A stretch of DNA of 64,000 nucleotides from Candidatus Nomurabacteria bacterium CG1_02_43_90 (lineage in GTDB: Bacteria > Patescibacteriota > Minisyncoccia > Phycocordibacterales > UBA1550), in assembly GCA_001871765.1 (NCBI GenBank), contig MNVN01000015.1:52543-116542 (forward strand), read 5' to 3'. The position numbers were made by a program, and so were the translations under genes. Positions within the stretch are counted from its first letter, which is position 1; every line of letters starts with the position of its first letter. A model generated the notes under the pieces. The model saw only the letters and a program-made list of their open reading frames with translations, was not told the origin of the DNA and did not search any database. Of this stretch, positions 1 through 9,306 are shown piece by piece.

Positions 1-449
1 CAGAACCAATGATTCTAGAGAATGTTAAGACTGTTCCTGGTACCGATGGCCGTAAAATGAGTAAGAGTTATGGAAATACCATCCCCCTTTTTGGAACTAA
101 TGAAGAAATCAAAAAGGCCGTGATGAGTATCCCCACAGACTCAAAGGGTGTTGAGGACCCAAAAGATCCAAAGGAGTGCAAGGTGTTCGCAATGCACGAG
201 CTTTTCCCTGGTGACGAGCTGGAAGCACTTCGCGCGCGCTATCTTGCGGGAGGTATTGGTTACAAGGAGTCAAAGGATTTACTGGTAGCAAAAATAATTA
301 ACTTTATTACCCCAATGCGCACACGCCGTGAGGAGATTGCACAGAACCCCGAAGCAGTATTAAAAATTTTGAAAGAGGGTGGGGAAGTGGCACGAGCAGA
401 AGCGCAAAAGAAGGTTCAGGAAGTTCGCGAAAAGGTGGGTTTAATTTAA
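1..449 (+). CDS. trpS: tryptophanyl-tRNA synthetase, C-terminal part (gene starts upstream of window)
   Basis: Translation contains GTDGRKMSKSYGNTIPLF (class I KMSKS signature in TrpRS context) and a C-terminal anticodon-binding helical region; reading frame open from position 1. Confidence 0.85.
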   Translation, partial: EPMILENVKTVPGTDGRKMSKSYGNTIPLFGTNEEIKKAVMSIPTDSKGVEDPKDPKECKVFAMHELFPGDELEALRARYLAGGIGYKESKDLLVAKIINFITPMRTRREEIAQNPEAVLKILKEGGEVARAEAQKKVQEVREKVGLI

Positions 450-460
450 TAATAAAAATT

Positions 461-718
461 ATGAACTTTTTTGAACAAGTAGCAGAGAATGACGGGGAAT
501 TTATTAATAGTGAACAAACTGCTTTTGAGATTGCTCAAGCAACACAAATGCAACTCATGAAGGATGCCGACACGGATGTGGGAAACTGGATTACGGCAAA
601 TAGCGAACGGTTCCGGACCCCCATGCAAGACCCAGAGCTTAATTTAGTTGAGCGACTGGCAAAGAGGGAAACACGTGCTGAAGCGATGGAGGAAATAAAG
701 AGCAAACTTTATAATTAA
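461..718 (+). CDS. hypothetical small acidic protein (85 aa)
   Basis: Complete ORF tightly packed between trpS and aspS (12 nt and 7 nt gaps), same strand; no recognisable motif. Confidence 0.4.
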   Translation: MNFFEQVAENDGEFINSEQTAFEIAQATQMQLMKDADTDVGNWITANSERFRTPMQDPELNLVERLAKRETRAEAMEEIKSKLYN

Positions 719-725
719 CATTATT

Positions 726-2120
726 ATGGAACGAACATACATTAAAGATTTAAAAGAGAAAATCGGGCAAGAGGTATCCATTTCTGGATGGGTTAATGTT
801 CGGCGTGATCAAGGGAAGATGGTTTTTCTGGACTTGCGTGATGTCACCGGCAAAGTCCAAGCAGTCGTTCTTCCTATGCATACCGAGGCACTTGAGGTTG
901 CACAGCGTGTTCGCTCAGAATGGGTTGTAAGTGTTTCTGCTCAAGTGAACAAACGCCCCGATCGCAATATCAAAGAGGGCGTATTGAATGGGGATATTGA
1001 ACTTGAAGTTTTGAATATTGAAGTCTTGAATGAGGCACAAACTCCACCGATGGATATAGCTTCGGATGGACATGAGATCGGAGAAGAAACGCGCCTCAAG
1101 TACCGCTACCTTGACCTTCGTCGTCCTCGCCTCCAGTACAACATGCGTTTGCGCCACAGCGTTACGCTCCATGTACGTAATTTTCTTTCCCGTCATGGAT
1201 TTCTCGAAATAGAAACGCCGATTCTTACAAAGTCGACCCCCGAAGGTTCTCGGGACTATGTTGTGCCCTCACGTCTTGAACAGGGCAAATTCTATGCGCT
1301 TCCGCAGTCACCTCAACAATACAAACAACTCCTTATGGTTGCAGGGACGGAACGATACTTCCAGGTTGCGCGGTGCATGCGCGACGAAGACACTCGTGGC
1401 GACCGTCAACCAGAGTTCACTCAGCTTGATATGGAGCTTTCCTTTGTAAGAGAGGAGGACATTATGCGTCTCAACGAGGAGCTTTTGATTGAGCTTGTGC
1501 AAACCTTGACTCCGGAAAAGAAAATTCAAACTATCCCATTTCCCCGTATTACCTACAAGGATGCGATGGAGAAGTATGGGAATGACAAGCCAGATATCCG
1601 TGAAGACAAAAACGACCCTGACCTCTTGGCATTTTGTTGGGTTATCGATTTCCCGTTTTTCGAGAAAGATAAAAAGGGGGCATGGACTTTTACCCACAAT
1701 CCATTCTCTTCACCACAGAAGGCGTACTACGAAGACTTAATGGAGAAAAAAAATATTGGCGAAATTTTAGCGACACAATATGATATTGCGCTCAACGGAT
1801 TTGAAATCGGTGGTGGAAGTATCCGCAATCATCGCCCCGAGGCGCTCATCAAAGTTCTCGAGATTATGGGACACACTGAAGAAAGTATTCGTTCAAATTT
1901 TGGACACATGCTCGAGGCATTTTCGTACGGCGCACCTCCGCACGGTGGTATTGCGTGGGGACTCGACAGGCTTGTAACCTTGCTCACGAATGAGCCAAAC
2001 ATCCGTGAAGTTATCGCATTCCCGAAGACGGGCGAAGGCCGTGACCTTATGATGGAAGCACCGTCTGAAATAAGCGCAGAGCAGTTGCAGGAGTTGGGTA
2101 TTGAGGTGAAGAAGAAGTAA
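726..2120 (+). CDS. aspS: aspartyl-tRNA synthetase, compact form lacking the GAD insertion
   Basis: Motifs LPQSPQQYKQLLM, FQVARCMRDED, RQPEFTQLDMELSF (class II motif 2, Asp-type), C-terminal GIAWGLDRLV motif 3; 464 aa, no insertion domain between motifs 2 and 3. Confidence 0.9.
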   Translation: MERTYIKDLKEKIGQEVSISGWVNVRRDQGKMVFLDLRDVTGKVQAVVLPMHTEALEVAQRVRSEWVVSVSAQVNKRPDRNIKEGVLNGDIELEVLNIEVLNEAQTPPMDIASDGHEIGEETRLKYRYLDLRRPRLQYNMRLRHSVTLHVRNFLSRHGFLEIETPILTKSTPEGSRDYVVPSRLEQGKFYALPQSPQQYKQLLMVAGTERYFQVARCMRDEDTRGDRQPEFTQLDMELSFVREEDIMRLNEELLIELVQTLTPEKKIQTIPFPRITYKDAMEKYGNDKPDIREDKNDPDLLAFCWVIDFPFFEKDKKGAWTFTHNPFSSPQKAYYEDLMEKKNIGEILATQYDIALNGFEIGGGSIRNHRPEALIKVLEIMGHTEESIRSNFGHMLEAFSYGAPPHGGIAWGLDRLVTLLTNEPNIREVIAFPKTGEGRDLMMEAPSEISAEQLQELGIEVKKK

Positions 2121-2123
2121 ATT

Positions 2124-2315
2124 ATGTCAAAAAATAAAGAATCAGGTGATGATGGGGAGAAGGAGGTCTGTGACTTTGTTCCATGCCCAAACTGTGGTAA
2201 AAAATTAATGTTACTTCCTCCAAATTACCCACTTTATGACGTACAGTGCACGGGGTGTAGTTTCCGTGCACAAGTAAAAACAAACAACACGAGGCCCAAA
2301 GCACAAATTTTTTGA
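2124..2315 (+). CDS. small zinc-ribbon protein (CPxCG...CxGC)
   Basis: 63-aa ORF with CDFVPCPNCGKK ... CTGCSF four-Cys ribbon, starts 4 nt after aspS stop. Confidence 0.45.
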   Translation: MSKNKESGDDGEKEVCDFVPCPNCGKKLMLLPPNYPLYDVQCTGCSFRAQVKTNNTRPKAQIF

Positions 2316-2515
2316 GCAGGATGGGATATTATGGAAAAAGTTTTGAAATCGGGGTTTATTACCCCACCATTAATCGCTAATTTCAAGAATATTCCTAACC
2401 TTACTGATATGGTAGGATTTGATTTTGTTGATTTAGAAAGTAATTTTTTCTAGTTTGCAATTAAAAGGCGGGCAACTAAGAAGGTCGGGGTCCAAAATAG
2501 CCTTTTAGTTTATCG

Positions 2516-3304
2516 TTGCTTTATCCCCAAAAATTTGATGTAATGAGGCTAATGCAACCTGACTACCAAATCAAAACAGAAGTATTCGAAGGACCGCTGG
2601 AGCTCTTACTTGACCTCGTGGAGAAACGCAAGCTTTTTATCAATGATATTTCGCTTGCGACGGTTACTGATGATTATGTAGCACACCTCAAGCAGTTTGA
2701 AAAAATGCCGGTGGACTTTGTATCCAACTTTCTCATCGTTGCGTCTACCCTCGTACTCATCAAATCAAAATCCTTATTGCCCTCACTCGACCTGACTCCT
2801 GAGGAAACACAAGACATCGACGAGCTTGAGCGACGCTTGAGAGAATACCAAAAAATACGCGAGCTTGCCGTCGGGCTGAAGCAAATGTTTGGTGCTAATG
2901 TTTCTTTCCCTAAAGGGCAGTCGCGGGAGCGCGCTGTTGTGTTTACCCTGAGCGAAGAGATCACGCTCGCAGGGATCATTGAAGCAATGCAGTCCGTGAT
3001 TGCGCATTTTCCTAAAAAGGTGGCGCTCCCTAAGGTCTTGGTCAAAAAGGTAGTATCTCTCGAGGAGATGATGGATCGCCTCGCTACGCGCATTACTGGG
3101 AGCTTTAAGATGAGTTTCCGTGAGTTTGCAGGGGTAGGGAAGGAAGAAAAGGTGAATATCATTGTAAGTTTTCTTGCTATGCTCGAGCTCGTAAAGCAGG
3201 GGATGATTGCAGTCACCCAGGGTTCTCACGGTGATGATATCCAAATAGAGACTAATGTCGTAGAGACTCCGCATTACGGCAGGTCGGTACCACCTTTGAA
3301 TTAA
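2516..3304 (+). CDS. scpA: segregation and condensation protein A (kleisin); true start probably ATG at 2543 or 2552
   Basis: N-terminal EVFEGPLELLLDLVEKRKLFINDISLATVTDDY typical ScpA motif; size 250-260 aa. Confidence 0.85.
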   Translation: MLYPQKFDVMRLMQPDYQIKTEVFEGPLELLLDLVEKRKLFINDISLATVTDDYVAHLKQFEKMPVDFVSNFLIVASTLVLIKSKSLLPSLDLTPEETQDIDELERRLREYQKIRELAVGLKQMFGANVSFPKGQSRERAVVFTLSEEITLAGIIEAMQSVIAHFPKKVALPKVLVKKVVSLEEMMDRLATRITGSFKMSFREFAGVGKEEKVNIIVSFLAMLELVKQGMIAVTQGSHGDDIQIETNVVETPHYGRSVPPLN

Positions 3305-3310
3305 ATTATT

Positions 3311-3700
3311 ATGAAAAAAAATACTATTTACATTATGGTGCTGGCGGTCGCCGTTTTTATTGCCGGATTCTTTATGTACCTCTTTGCCAAGAATTATAGG
3401 CATTTGCAAAATACTGGTGCATTTCGGTCGACAGTGCACAGTTATCGACAGGCACTAAATGAGCGGGCGCCTATTACGGATCCGCACGCCATTGAATCAT
3501 GGATGACGTTTGATTATGTGAACAAAATGTTCAATCTCCCCGTTAGTTTTTTAAAGACAGAGATGGGAATAACGAGCACGAAGTATCCTCGGCTCACTCT
3601 TTATCGTGAAGCAAAATTGCAACAAATTCCCGAACAACTTTTCCTAGAAAATGTAAAAAATGCGGTTCTTCAATACGCTACTTCAACGCCACAAAAATAA
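3311..3700 (+). CDS. hypothetical membrane-anchored protein
   Basis: N-terminal hydrophobic helix IYIMVLAVAVFIAGFFMYLF, ORF directly follows scpA. Confidence 0.45.
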   Translation: MKKNTIYIMVLAVAVFIAGFFMYLFAKNYRHLQNTGAFRSTVHSYRQALNERAPITDPHAIESWMTFDYVNKMFNLPVSFLKTEMGITSTKYPRLTLYREAKLQQIPEQLFLENVKNAVLQYATSTPQK

Positions 3701-3709
3701 TTATCTTGT

Positions 3710-4303
3710 ATGGAAACAATCCTCGGGTCATTTTTATCATTCCTTCTCCTCTATAAATACACTGCGCTCTTTGTTATTTCTTTTTTTGCTGCGTTCTTAC
3801 TCCCCCTTCCTTCGAGTAGCACCCTCGCTGCTTCGGGGGCGTTTGCTTCACAGGGGTATTTCAGTTTAGTAGTCGTTCTCTTTGTGGCACTTCTCGGAAA
3901 TGTTGTGGGAGATCTTGCTGGATATTTCCTCGCACGACGGTACGGCGAAGGATTTATGAGTAAGATTGGTTTCAAGAAAGTTTTTAGCTCACGCTACTAC
4001 AAGTCTGTCGTTGATTATTTGACGGGAGCTCCGCACTCGCTTATCTTTTTTAGTCGATTCTTGCCTGAAGTAGGTCCTGCGGTGAACATTCTTGCGGGGA
4101 TCACTGGCGTGCCGGTGCGTACCTTCCTCGTCGTTGATATTATTGGCGAAGTTTTTTATGTGCTTTTGTATGGACTCGTTGGTTTTTTTATGGGGAGTGG
4201 GTGGGAGAGCAACATGAGCTTTCTTCTCGAAGGAGGAATGGTTATGCTCTCGCTCGGTATCGTGATGGCCCTCATTCAGTATCTTCTTTTTCGGGCGCGA
4301 TAG
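3710..4303 (+). CDS. dedA: DedA/SNARE-associated family membrane protein
   Basis: Multi-pass hydrophobic profile with ALLGNVVGDLAGYFLARRYG and FFSRFLPEVGPAVNILAGI motifs typical of DedA family. Confidence 0.75.
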   Translation: METILGSFLSFLLLYKYTALFVISFFAAFLLPLPSSSTLAASGAFASQGYFSLVVVLFVALLGNVVGDLAGYFLARRYGEGFMSKIGFKKVFSSRYYKSVVDYLTGAPHSLIFFSRFLPEVGPAVNILAGITGVPVRTFLVVDIIGEVFYVLLYGLVGFFMGSGWESNMSFLLEGGMVMLSLGIVMALIQYLLFRAR

Positions 4304-4343
4304 GTATTTCCTCTTCGCACTGACAATATGTTAGAATATCAAA

Positions 4344-4934
4344 ATGGATAGCGAATTAGATATTTCAGCAAGAATAGAGGCACTCATATTTTTTAAAGGG
4401 GAACCCGTGACCGTTGCCTTTTTGGCAAAAACGCTAGGTATTTCAGATGAAGAAGTGCGAGCAGGCCTCATGACGTTGGAGCAGTCTCTTTCTGGTCGCG
4501 GAATTGTATTGATGAAAAACGATGATGAATACATGTTCAGCACTGCGCCACAAATGGGACAAATAATAGAAACGATTATTAAAGACGAGCTTGCAAAGGA
4601 GCTTGGTAAAGCAGGGCTCGAGACACTCGCCATCGTACTCTATCGTGGGCCAGTACTTCGCAGTGAGATAAACTACCTTCGTGGAGTAAACTCGAATTAT
4701 ATTTTGCGCGCTTTGCTGGTGCGTGGCTTAATCGAAAAAGTGGAGCAGGGGGGTCGCAGTACAGCGTATCGGCCTACTTTTGAACTTTTGTCTTATATGG
4801 GCGTAAGTAAGGTAGAAGATTTACCAGGGTATGAAGATACCACCAAAGCGGTCGAAGAATTTCATGAGGAAAATGACAACAATGGACACAAAGAAGAAGG
4901 AGACGGAATGGGTACTCCAGGAGGGGCGGCTTAA
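4344..4934 (+). CDS. scpB: segregation and condensation protein B
   Basis: RIEALIFFKGEPVTVAFLAKTLGISDEEV ... GLETLAIVLYRGPVLRSEINYLRGVNS winged-helix tandem typical of ScpB; C-terminal acidic tail. Confidence 0.85.
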   Translation: MDSELDISARIEALIFFKGEPVTVAFLAKTLGISDEEVRAGLMTLEQSLSGRGIVLMKNDDEYMFSTAPQMGQIIETIIKDELAKELGKAGLETLAIVLYRGPVLRSEINYLRGVNSNYILRALLVRGLIEKVEQGGRSTAYRPTFELLSYMGVSKVEDLPGYEDTTKAVEEFHEENDNNGHKEEGDGMGTPGGAA

Positions 4935-5880
4935 ATATATTGCCTTGCTTCTTGCGGGGGGTGCAGTAATAGTAGTTCTTTTACAAGGGCTTCTTTATTT
5001 TATTTCTCCTTTGCAAAATAAGGTTGGTAACCAAAGTTCAAAAGAAACAGCGACACAAGAACAGATTGATCCTTTCGCCGGGGTTTCTCTCGAAGCGCGT
5101 GCAGTGTATGTGCTTGATTTAAAAACAAATACGGTCCTCTTTGAGAAAAATAGTCAAGAAAAACTTCCCCTTGCTTCCATAACCAAAACGATGACAGCAC
5201 TCCTTGCACGGGAAAATATTTCTCAGAATGCCGTAATCACGCTTTCAAAAGACGATCTTGCTACTGAAGGGGATTCCGGGTTACGGACCGGGGAACGCTG
5301 GCGGGTGGGAGACCTCCTCAATGTGATGCTCATTATATCCTCGAACGATGCCGCACATGCGATCGCAGGTTTTGTGGGTGGTGGTAGTCAAAATATTGAG
5401 CGAGGCACACCAGAAGCACGAGCGCAATTTATCGCAATGATGAATGAGAAAGCGCATACCCTGGGATTTCCTCAGATGGAATTTTTTAATGAGTCAGGGC
5501 TTGACATCATCGATGTTAAAAATGGTGCTCCCGCTCGTAGTGGGGGATATGGTTCTGCACATGACGTGGCACTACTTTTTGCAGAACTTTGGAAAAAATA
5601 TCCTGAGACCGTAGAGATAACCACGCACAAGGCAGCGCGGATTGTTTCGCAGAGTGATATTGTTCATGTTTTGCCGAATACTAACGAGATAACGGGTCAA
5701 ATACCAGGTCTTATTGCATCAAAAACAGGGTATACCACACTTGCGGGAGGTAACCTTGTGGTAATTTTTGACCATGGTATCGGCGACCCAGTCGTTGCGG
5801 TAGTACTCGGCTCTACCTACAAAGGTCGCTTTGATGACATGCAGAAGATTGTAGGTGCAGTGCGGACTCTGGAATTATAA
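4831..5880 (+). CDS. dacA: D-alanyl-D-alanine carboxypeptidase (serine-type, S11/PBP5-like); start uncertain, annotated ORF overlaps scpB 3' end
   Basis: SxxK (LASITKTMTALLA), SxN (IISSNDAAHAIA) and KTG (ASKTGYT) active-site triad; N-terminal TM anchor. Confidence 0.8.
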   Translation: MKIPPKRSKNFMRKMTTMDTKKKETEWVLQEGRLKYIALLLAGGAVIVVLLQGLLYFISPLQNKVGNQSSKETATQEQIDPFAGVSLEARAVYVLDLKTNTVLFEKNSQEKLPLASITKTMTALLARENISQNAVITLSKDDLATEGDSGLRTGERWRVGDLLNVMLIISSNDAAHAIAGFVGGGSQNIERGTPEARAQFIAMMNEKAHTLGFPQMEFFNESGLDIIDVKNGAPARSGGYGSAHDVALLFAELWKKYPETVEITTHKAARIVSQSDIVHVLPNTNEITGQIPGLIASKTGYTTLAGGNLVVIFDHGIGDPVVAVVLGSTYKGRFDDMQKIVGAVRTLEL

Positions 5881-5973
5881 AAAATACATAAGGACTACAC
5901 CTGTTACCACTTTCAGCGAGCTAATTTAAGCGTTTGGTATTTGTTCATATTTTTTGTACAATAGGGTATATCT

Positions 5974-7029
5974 ATGCCTATCGACGTTGTAAAAATATTT
6001 CTTCCTACTGCCACAGCCTTTTTTGTTGGTATTGTCATGACGCCGATTCTTACGAATTTTCTCTATCGTCATAAAATGTGGAAAAAATCGAGTGTGAAGC
6101 TTACTATGGATGGCAGGGAAGCGACCATCTCGAGTAAACTTCATAATGATGAAGAGCGGAAGACGCCTCGCATGGGTGGGGTCGTGGTGTGGGGTTCTGT
6201 CTTCCTTACCGTCTTTTTATTTTTTATTCTCGCAACCGTATTTCCTGAAAGTATCTTTGCGAAACTTTCATTTCTCTCACGTAACCAAACATGGCTTCCG
6301 CTTTTTACGCTCATTGCAGGAGCGCTTTGCGGGCTTGTTGATGATTATTTAGTTTGTCGCGAAGCAGGTACTTATGCAGGGGGTGGTCTTTCCCTCCGTA
6401 TCCGTCTCGCATTCGTGTCAGTGCTCGCTTTATTGGGCGGGTGGTGGTTCTATGCAAAATTAGGAATGGATAGTATCCATATTCCTTTTGTCGGTGACGC
6501 TCATTTAGGACTCCTCTTCATCCCTCTTTTTGTTATTTTTATGATCGGTATTTATTCAGGAGGAATTATTGATGGTATCGATGGACTCTCAGGAGGTGTC
6601 TTCGCTGCTATTTTTTCTGCGTACACCATCATCGCGTTTTCTCAAGGACAGATTGACCTTGCCGCATTTTCAAGCGTTATCGTAGGAGGGCTTCTTGCGT
6701 TTCTTTGGTTCAATATTCCTCCTGCGCGATTTTTTAATTCAGAAACAGGCACCATGGCACTCACTACCTCTTTGGTTGTCGTGGCGTTTCTTACCAAAGC
6801 AGTACTTGTACTTTTGATTGTCGCTTTTCTCCTCATTGTTACGAGTGCTTCAAGTATTATTCAGATTCTCTCAAAGAAATTTCGTAAAGGGAAAAAAGTT
6901 TTTCTGGTAGCACCCCTCCATAACCACTTTCAGGCAAAGGGGTGGTCTCCGTACAAGGTCGTGATGCGGTATTGGGTGCTCTCAATTATTTTTGCGATTA
7001 TGGGAACGATTGTTGCATTGGTGGGGTAA
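5974..7029 (+). CDS. mraY: phospho-N-acetylmuramoyl-pentapeptide transferase
   Basis: Polytopic membrane protein, KxxTPxMGG motif (ERKTPRMGGVVV), DDxxD-like GLVDDYL and IDGIDGL motifs of MraY. Confidence 0.9.
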   Translation: MPIDVVKIFLPTATAFFVGIVMTPILTNFLYRHKMWKKSSVKLTMDGREATISSKLHNDEERKTPRMGGVVVWGSVFLTVFLFFILATVFPESIFAKLSFLSRNQTWLPLFTLIAGALCGLVDDYLVCREAGTYAGGGLSLRIRLAFVSVLALLGGWWFYAKLGMDSIHIPFVGDAHLGLLFIPLFVIFMIGIYSGGIIDGIDGLSGGVFAAIFSAYTIIAFSQGQIDLAAFSSVIVGGLLAFLWFNIPPARFFNSETGTMALTTSLVVVAFLTKAVLVLLIVAFLLIVTSASSIIQILSKKFRKGKKVFLVAPLHNHFQAKGWSPYKVVMRYWVLSIIFAIMGTIVALVG

Positions 7030-7060
7030 TACTCATGAATAGTTATTTTGTAACGAAAAG

Positions 7061-8170
7061 ATGAAAAAAAAACATTCTATTGATAAAGTATTTCTTGGGC
7101 TCGCACTTACGATTGCCCTCCTCGGACTTTTTGTTTTTACTTCGGCATCGTTTGGACTTTTTGCGCGAAAAGGGTTCTCTTTGCAAGACCTTTTTTTTGA
7201 TCAAGTAGCTCTTGGTTTATTTCTTGGTCTTATTGCGATGGTTGTTGCCATCCGTTTCCCTATAGACCTTTTACGCAAATATTCCCTACACCTTTTTATT
7301 GCTTCAGTTGTCTTAACCATTCTTGTTTTTGTTCCTCATGTTGGCCTCGAGAAGATTAAGGGCGCACATCGATGGATAGATCTTCGGTTTACCTCATTCC
7401 AGCCGTCTGAGGCGCTCAAGCTTGCTACGGTAATCTATTTTGCGTCACTCTTACCTCTTTTTAAAGACCGCATCCATGAGCCAAAATATTCCCTAGGTAT
7501 CTTTTTTGGTGTTGTTGCCGTACCCGCAGCCCTGCTCCTTAAAGAGCCTGACACGGGAACTCTCGCCGTCCTTTTTGCAACCCTCCTCACTATGCTTATT
7601 GCGGGTGGGGCAAAATTGCGACATTTTTTCGTTGTGATGGCTATTGCTGTTGTTGCGGTGGGGGTTCTTGCTTTCGTAAAGCCATACATTATGGAACGTG
7701 TGCTTACTTTATTTGACTCATCACGTGACCCACAAGGGTCAAGCTATCAAATCCAAAAATCACTTCTCGCTATTGGTTCAGGTGGTATCACGGGGCGCGG
7801 GTTTGGTCAAAGTATTCAAAAATTTAGCTCACTCCCTGAACCCACAGGTGACTCTATTTTTGCCGTCGTAGGTGAGGAGTTTGGATTTATAGGTGGAGCG
7901 CTGGTCATCATACTCTTCTTCCTTTTTGGTCTTCGAGGGATTCAGATTGCACGACGGGCGCCCGATATGTGGAGTGGACTTTTAGCCATGGGAATTGTTA
8001 TACTGATAATATCGCAGTCATTTGCGAATATTGCAGCGATGCTGGGGTTGATCCCCCTTACGGGGGTGCCTTTAGTTTTTGTGAGCCATGGGGGGACGGC
8101 ACTTCTTTTTGCATTCCTGGAAATTGGTATATTGCTCAATATCTCTAAATTAACTAAACCAATCAAATGA
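7061..8170 (+). CDS. ftsW: FtsW/RodA (SEDS) family peptidoglycan glycosyltransferase
   Basis: 10-TM profile, SEALKLATVIYFASLL and C-terminal GGTALLFAF SEDS motifs; position between mraY and murG. Confidence 0.85.
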   Translation: MKKKHSIDKVFLGLALTIALLGLFVFTSASFGLFARKGFSLQDLFFDQVALGLFLGLIAMVVAIRFPIDLLRKYSLHLFIASVVLTILVFVPHVGLEKIKGAHRWIDLRFTSFQPSEALKLATVIYFASLLPLFKDRIHEPKYSLGIFFGVVAVPAALLLKEPDTGTLAVLFATLLTMLIAGGAKLRHFFVVMAIAVVAVGVLAFVKPYIMERVLTLFDSSRDPQGSSYQIQKSLLAIGSGGITGRGFGQSIQKFSSLPEPTGDSIFAVVGEEFGFIGGALVIILFFLFGLRGIQIARRAPDMWSGLLAMGIVILIISQSFANIAAMLGLIPLTGVPLVFVSHGGTALLFAFLEIGILLNISKLTKPIK

Positions 8171-9306
8171 AAATTCTTTTTACCGGTGGGGGTAGTGGTG
8201 GACACTTTTATCCCATCATTGCCGTTGCAGAAAAATTAAACGTCCTCCTTGAGCGCGAAAAGATCGCAAGCGTTAATTTTTACTACATGTCGACTGAGCC
8301 TTATAATGAGCGACTTTTGTCTGATAACAAAATAAAATTCATCCCCGTGATCGCAGGTAAAGTTCGGGGTTATTTTTCGGTATCTAATTTCGTTGATTTT
8401 TTCAAAATGGGGTGGGGTATTGTCAAAGCTTTTTTCCAACTCTTTGCTCTCTACCCCGATGTAATTTTTAGTAAAGGTGGATTCCCTAGTTTCCCTGTTC
8501 TTTTTGCTGCTCGCTTTTTTCGTATACCCGTAATTATCCATGAGTCAGACAGTGCTCCTGGAAGGGTAAACGCGTGGGCTGGATCGTTTGCGCAAAAGAT
8601 TGCAATATCATATCCTGAGGCCGCTCAATTTTTCCCGGCAGGACGTACTGCACTTACGGGAAACCCTGTTCGTGAAGAAATCTTGCGCCCAACGGGAAAA
8701 GACACCTTCAAAGAGCTTGGTCTTGACCCTACTATCCCTGTCATCTTGATTCTAGGAGGGTCTCTTGGTGCACAAATCATAAATGAACAATTTGAAACCC
8801 TTGCTCCGCGTCTCGTTGATAAATATCAAGTTATCCACCAAACAGGAGAAGGGAATCTTGAGAGTGTGCACACTACGGTCTTAGGACTTCTAGGCAATAA
8901 TCCGCACGCTTCACGGTACCACCTCTACGGATACCTCGATACAGAAACGATGAGGCTCGCCTCCGAAGCAGCCACGATTGTTGTATCGCGTGCAGGATCA
9001 GCAATTTTTGAGATTGCAGCGTGGGGTATTCCCGCAATCATTATTCCTATCACTGAATCGAATGCAAACCATCAACGGAAAAATGCTTACGCGTACGCAC
9101 GTGCCGGAGCATCATTGGTAATAGAAGAGGCAAACCTTGGTCCCAGTATCCTTCTTTCGGAAATTGATAATCTTATGTCAGACGAACAAAGGAGAACAGC
9201 GATGCGCGAAGCAGCAAGGACCTTTTCCCATGTTGATGGTGCCGAAAAAATAGCAGAACAAATCGTCGCGGTTCTCTTGCGTCACCAAAATCCTTCTACC
9301 CTATGA
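8167..9306 (+). CDS. murG: UDP-GlcNAc:lipid I N-acetylglucosaminyltransferase
   Basis: N-terminal ILFTGGGSGGHFYPIIAV G-loop, GT28 fold, 4-nt overlap with ftsW. Confidence 0.9.
   Translation: MKILFTGGGSGGHFYPIIAVAEKLNVLLEREKIASVNFYYMSTEPYNERLLSDNKIKFIPVIAGKVRGYFSVSNFVDFFKMGWGIVKAFFQLFALYPDVIFSKGGFPSFPVLFAARFFRIPVIIHESDSAPGRVNAWAGSFAQKIAISYPEAAQFFPAGRTALTGNPVREEILRPTGKDTFKELGLDPTIPVILILGGSLGAQIINEQFETLAPRLVDKYQVIHQTGEGNLESVHTTVLGLLGNNPHASRYHLYGYLDTETMRLASEAATIVVSRAGSAIFEIAAWGIPAIIIPITESNANHQRKNAYAYARAGASLVIEEANLGPSILLSEIDNLMSDEQRRTAMREAARTFSHVDGAEKIAEQIVAVLLRHQNPSTL

Noticed and set aside
2674-3439. Long minus-strand ORFs (180 and 218 aa) antisense to scpA
   Set aside because: They overlap a well-supported scpA on the opposite strand and have Ser/Arg-rich low-complexity composition.
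4831-4934. Genuine 100-nt coding overlap between scpB and the carboxypeptidase gene
   Set aside because: More likely the carboxypeptidase initiates at a downstream codon before its TM segment. The overlap comes from taking the longest ORF.
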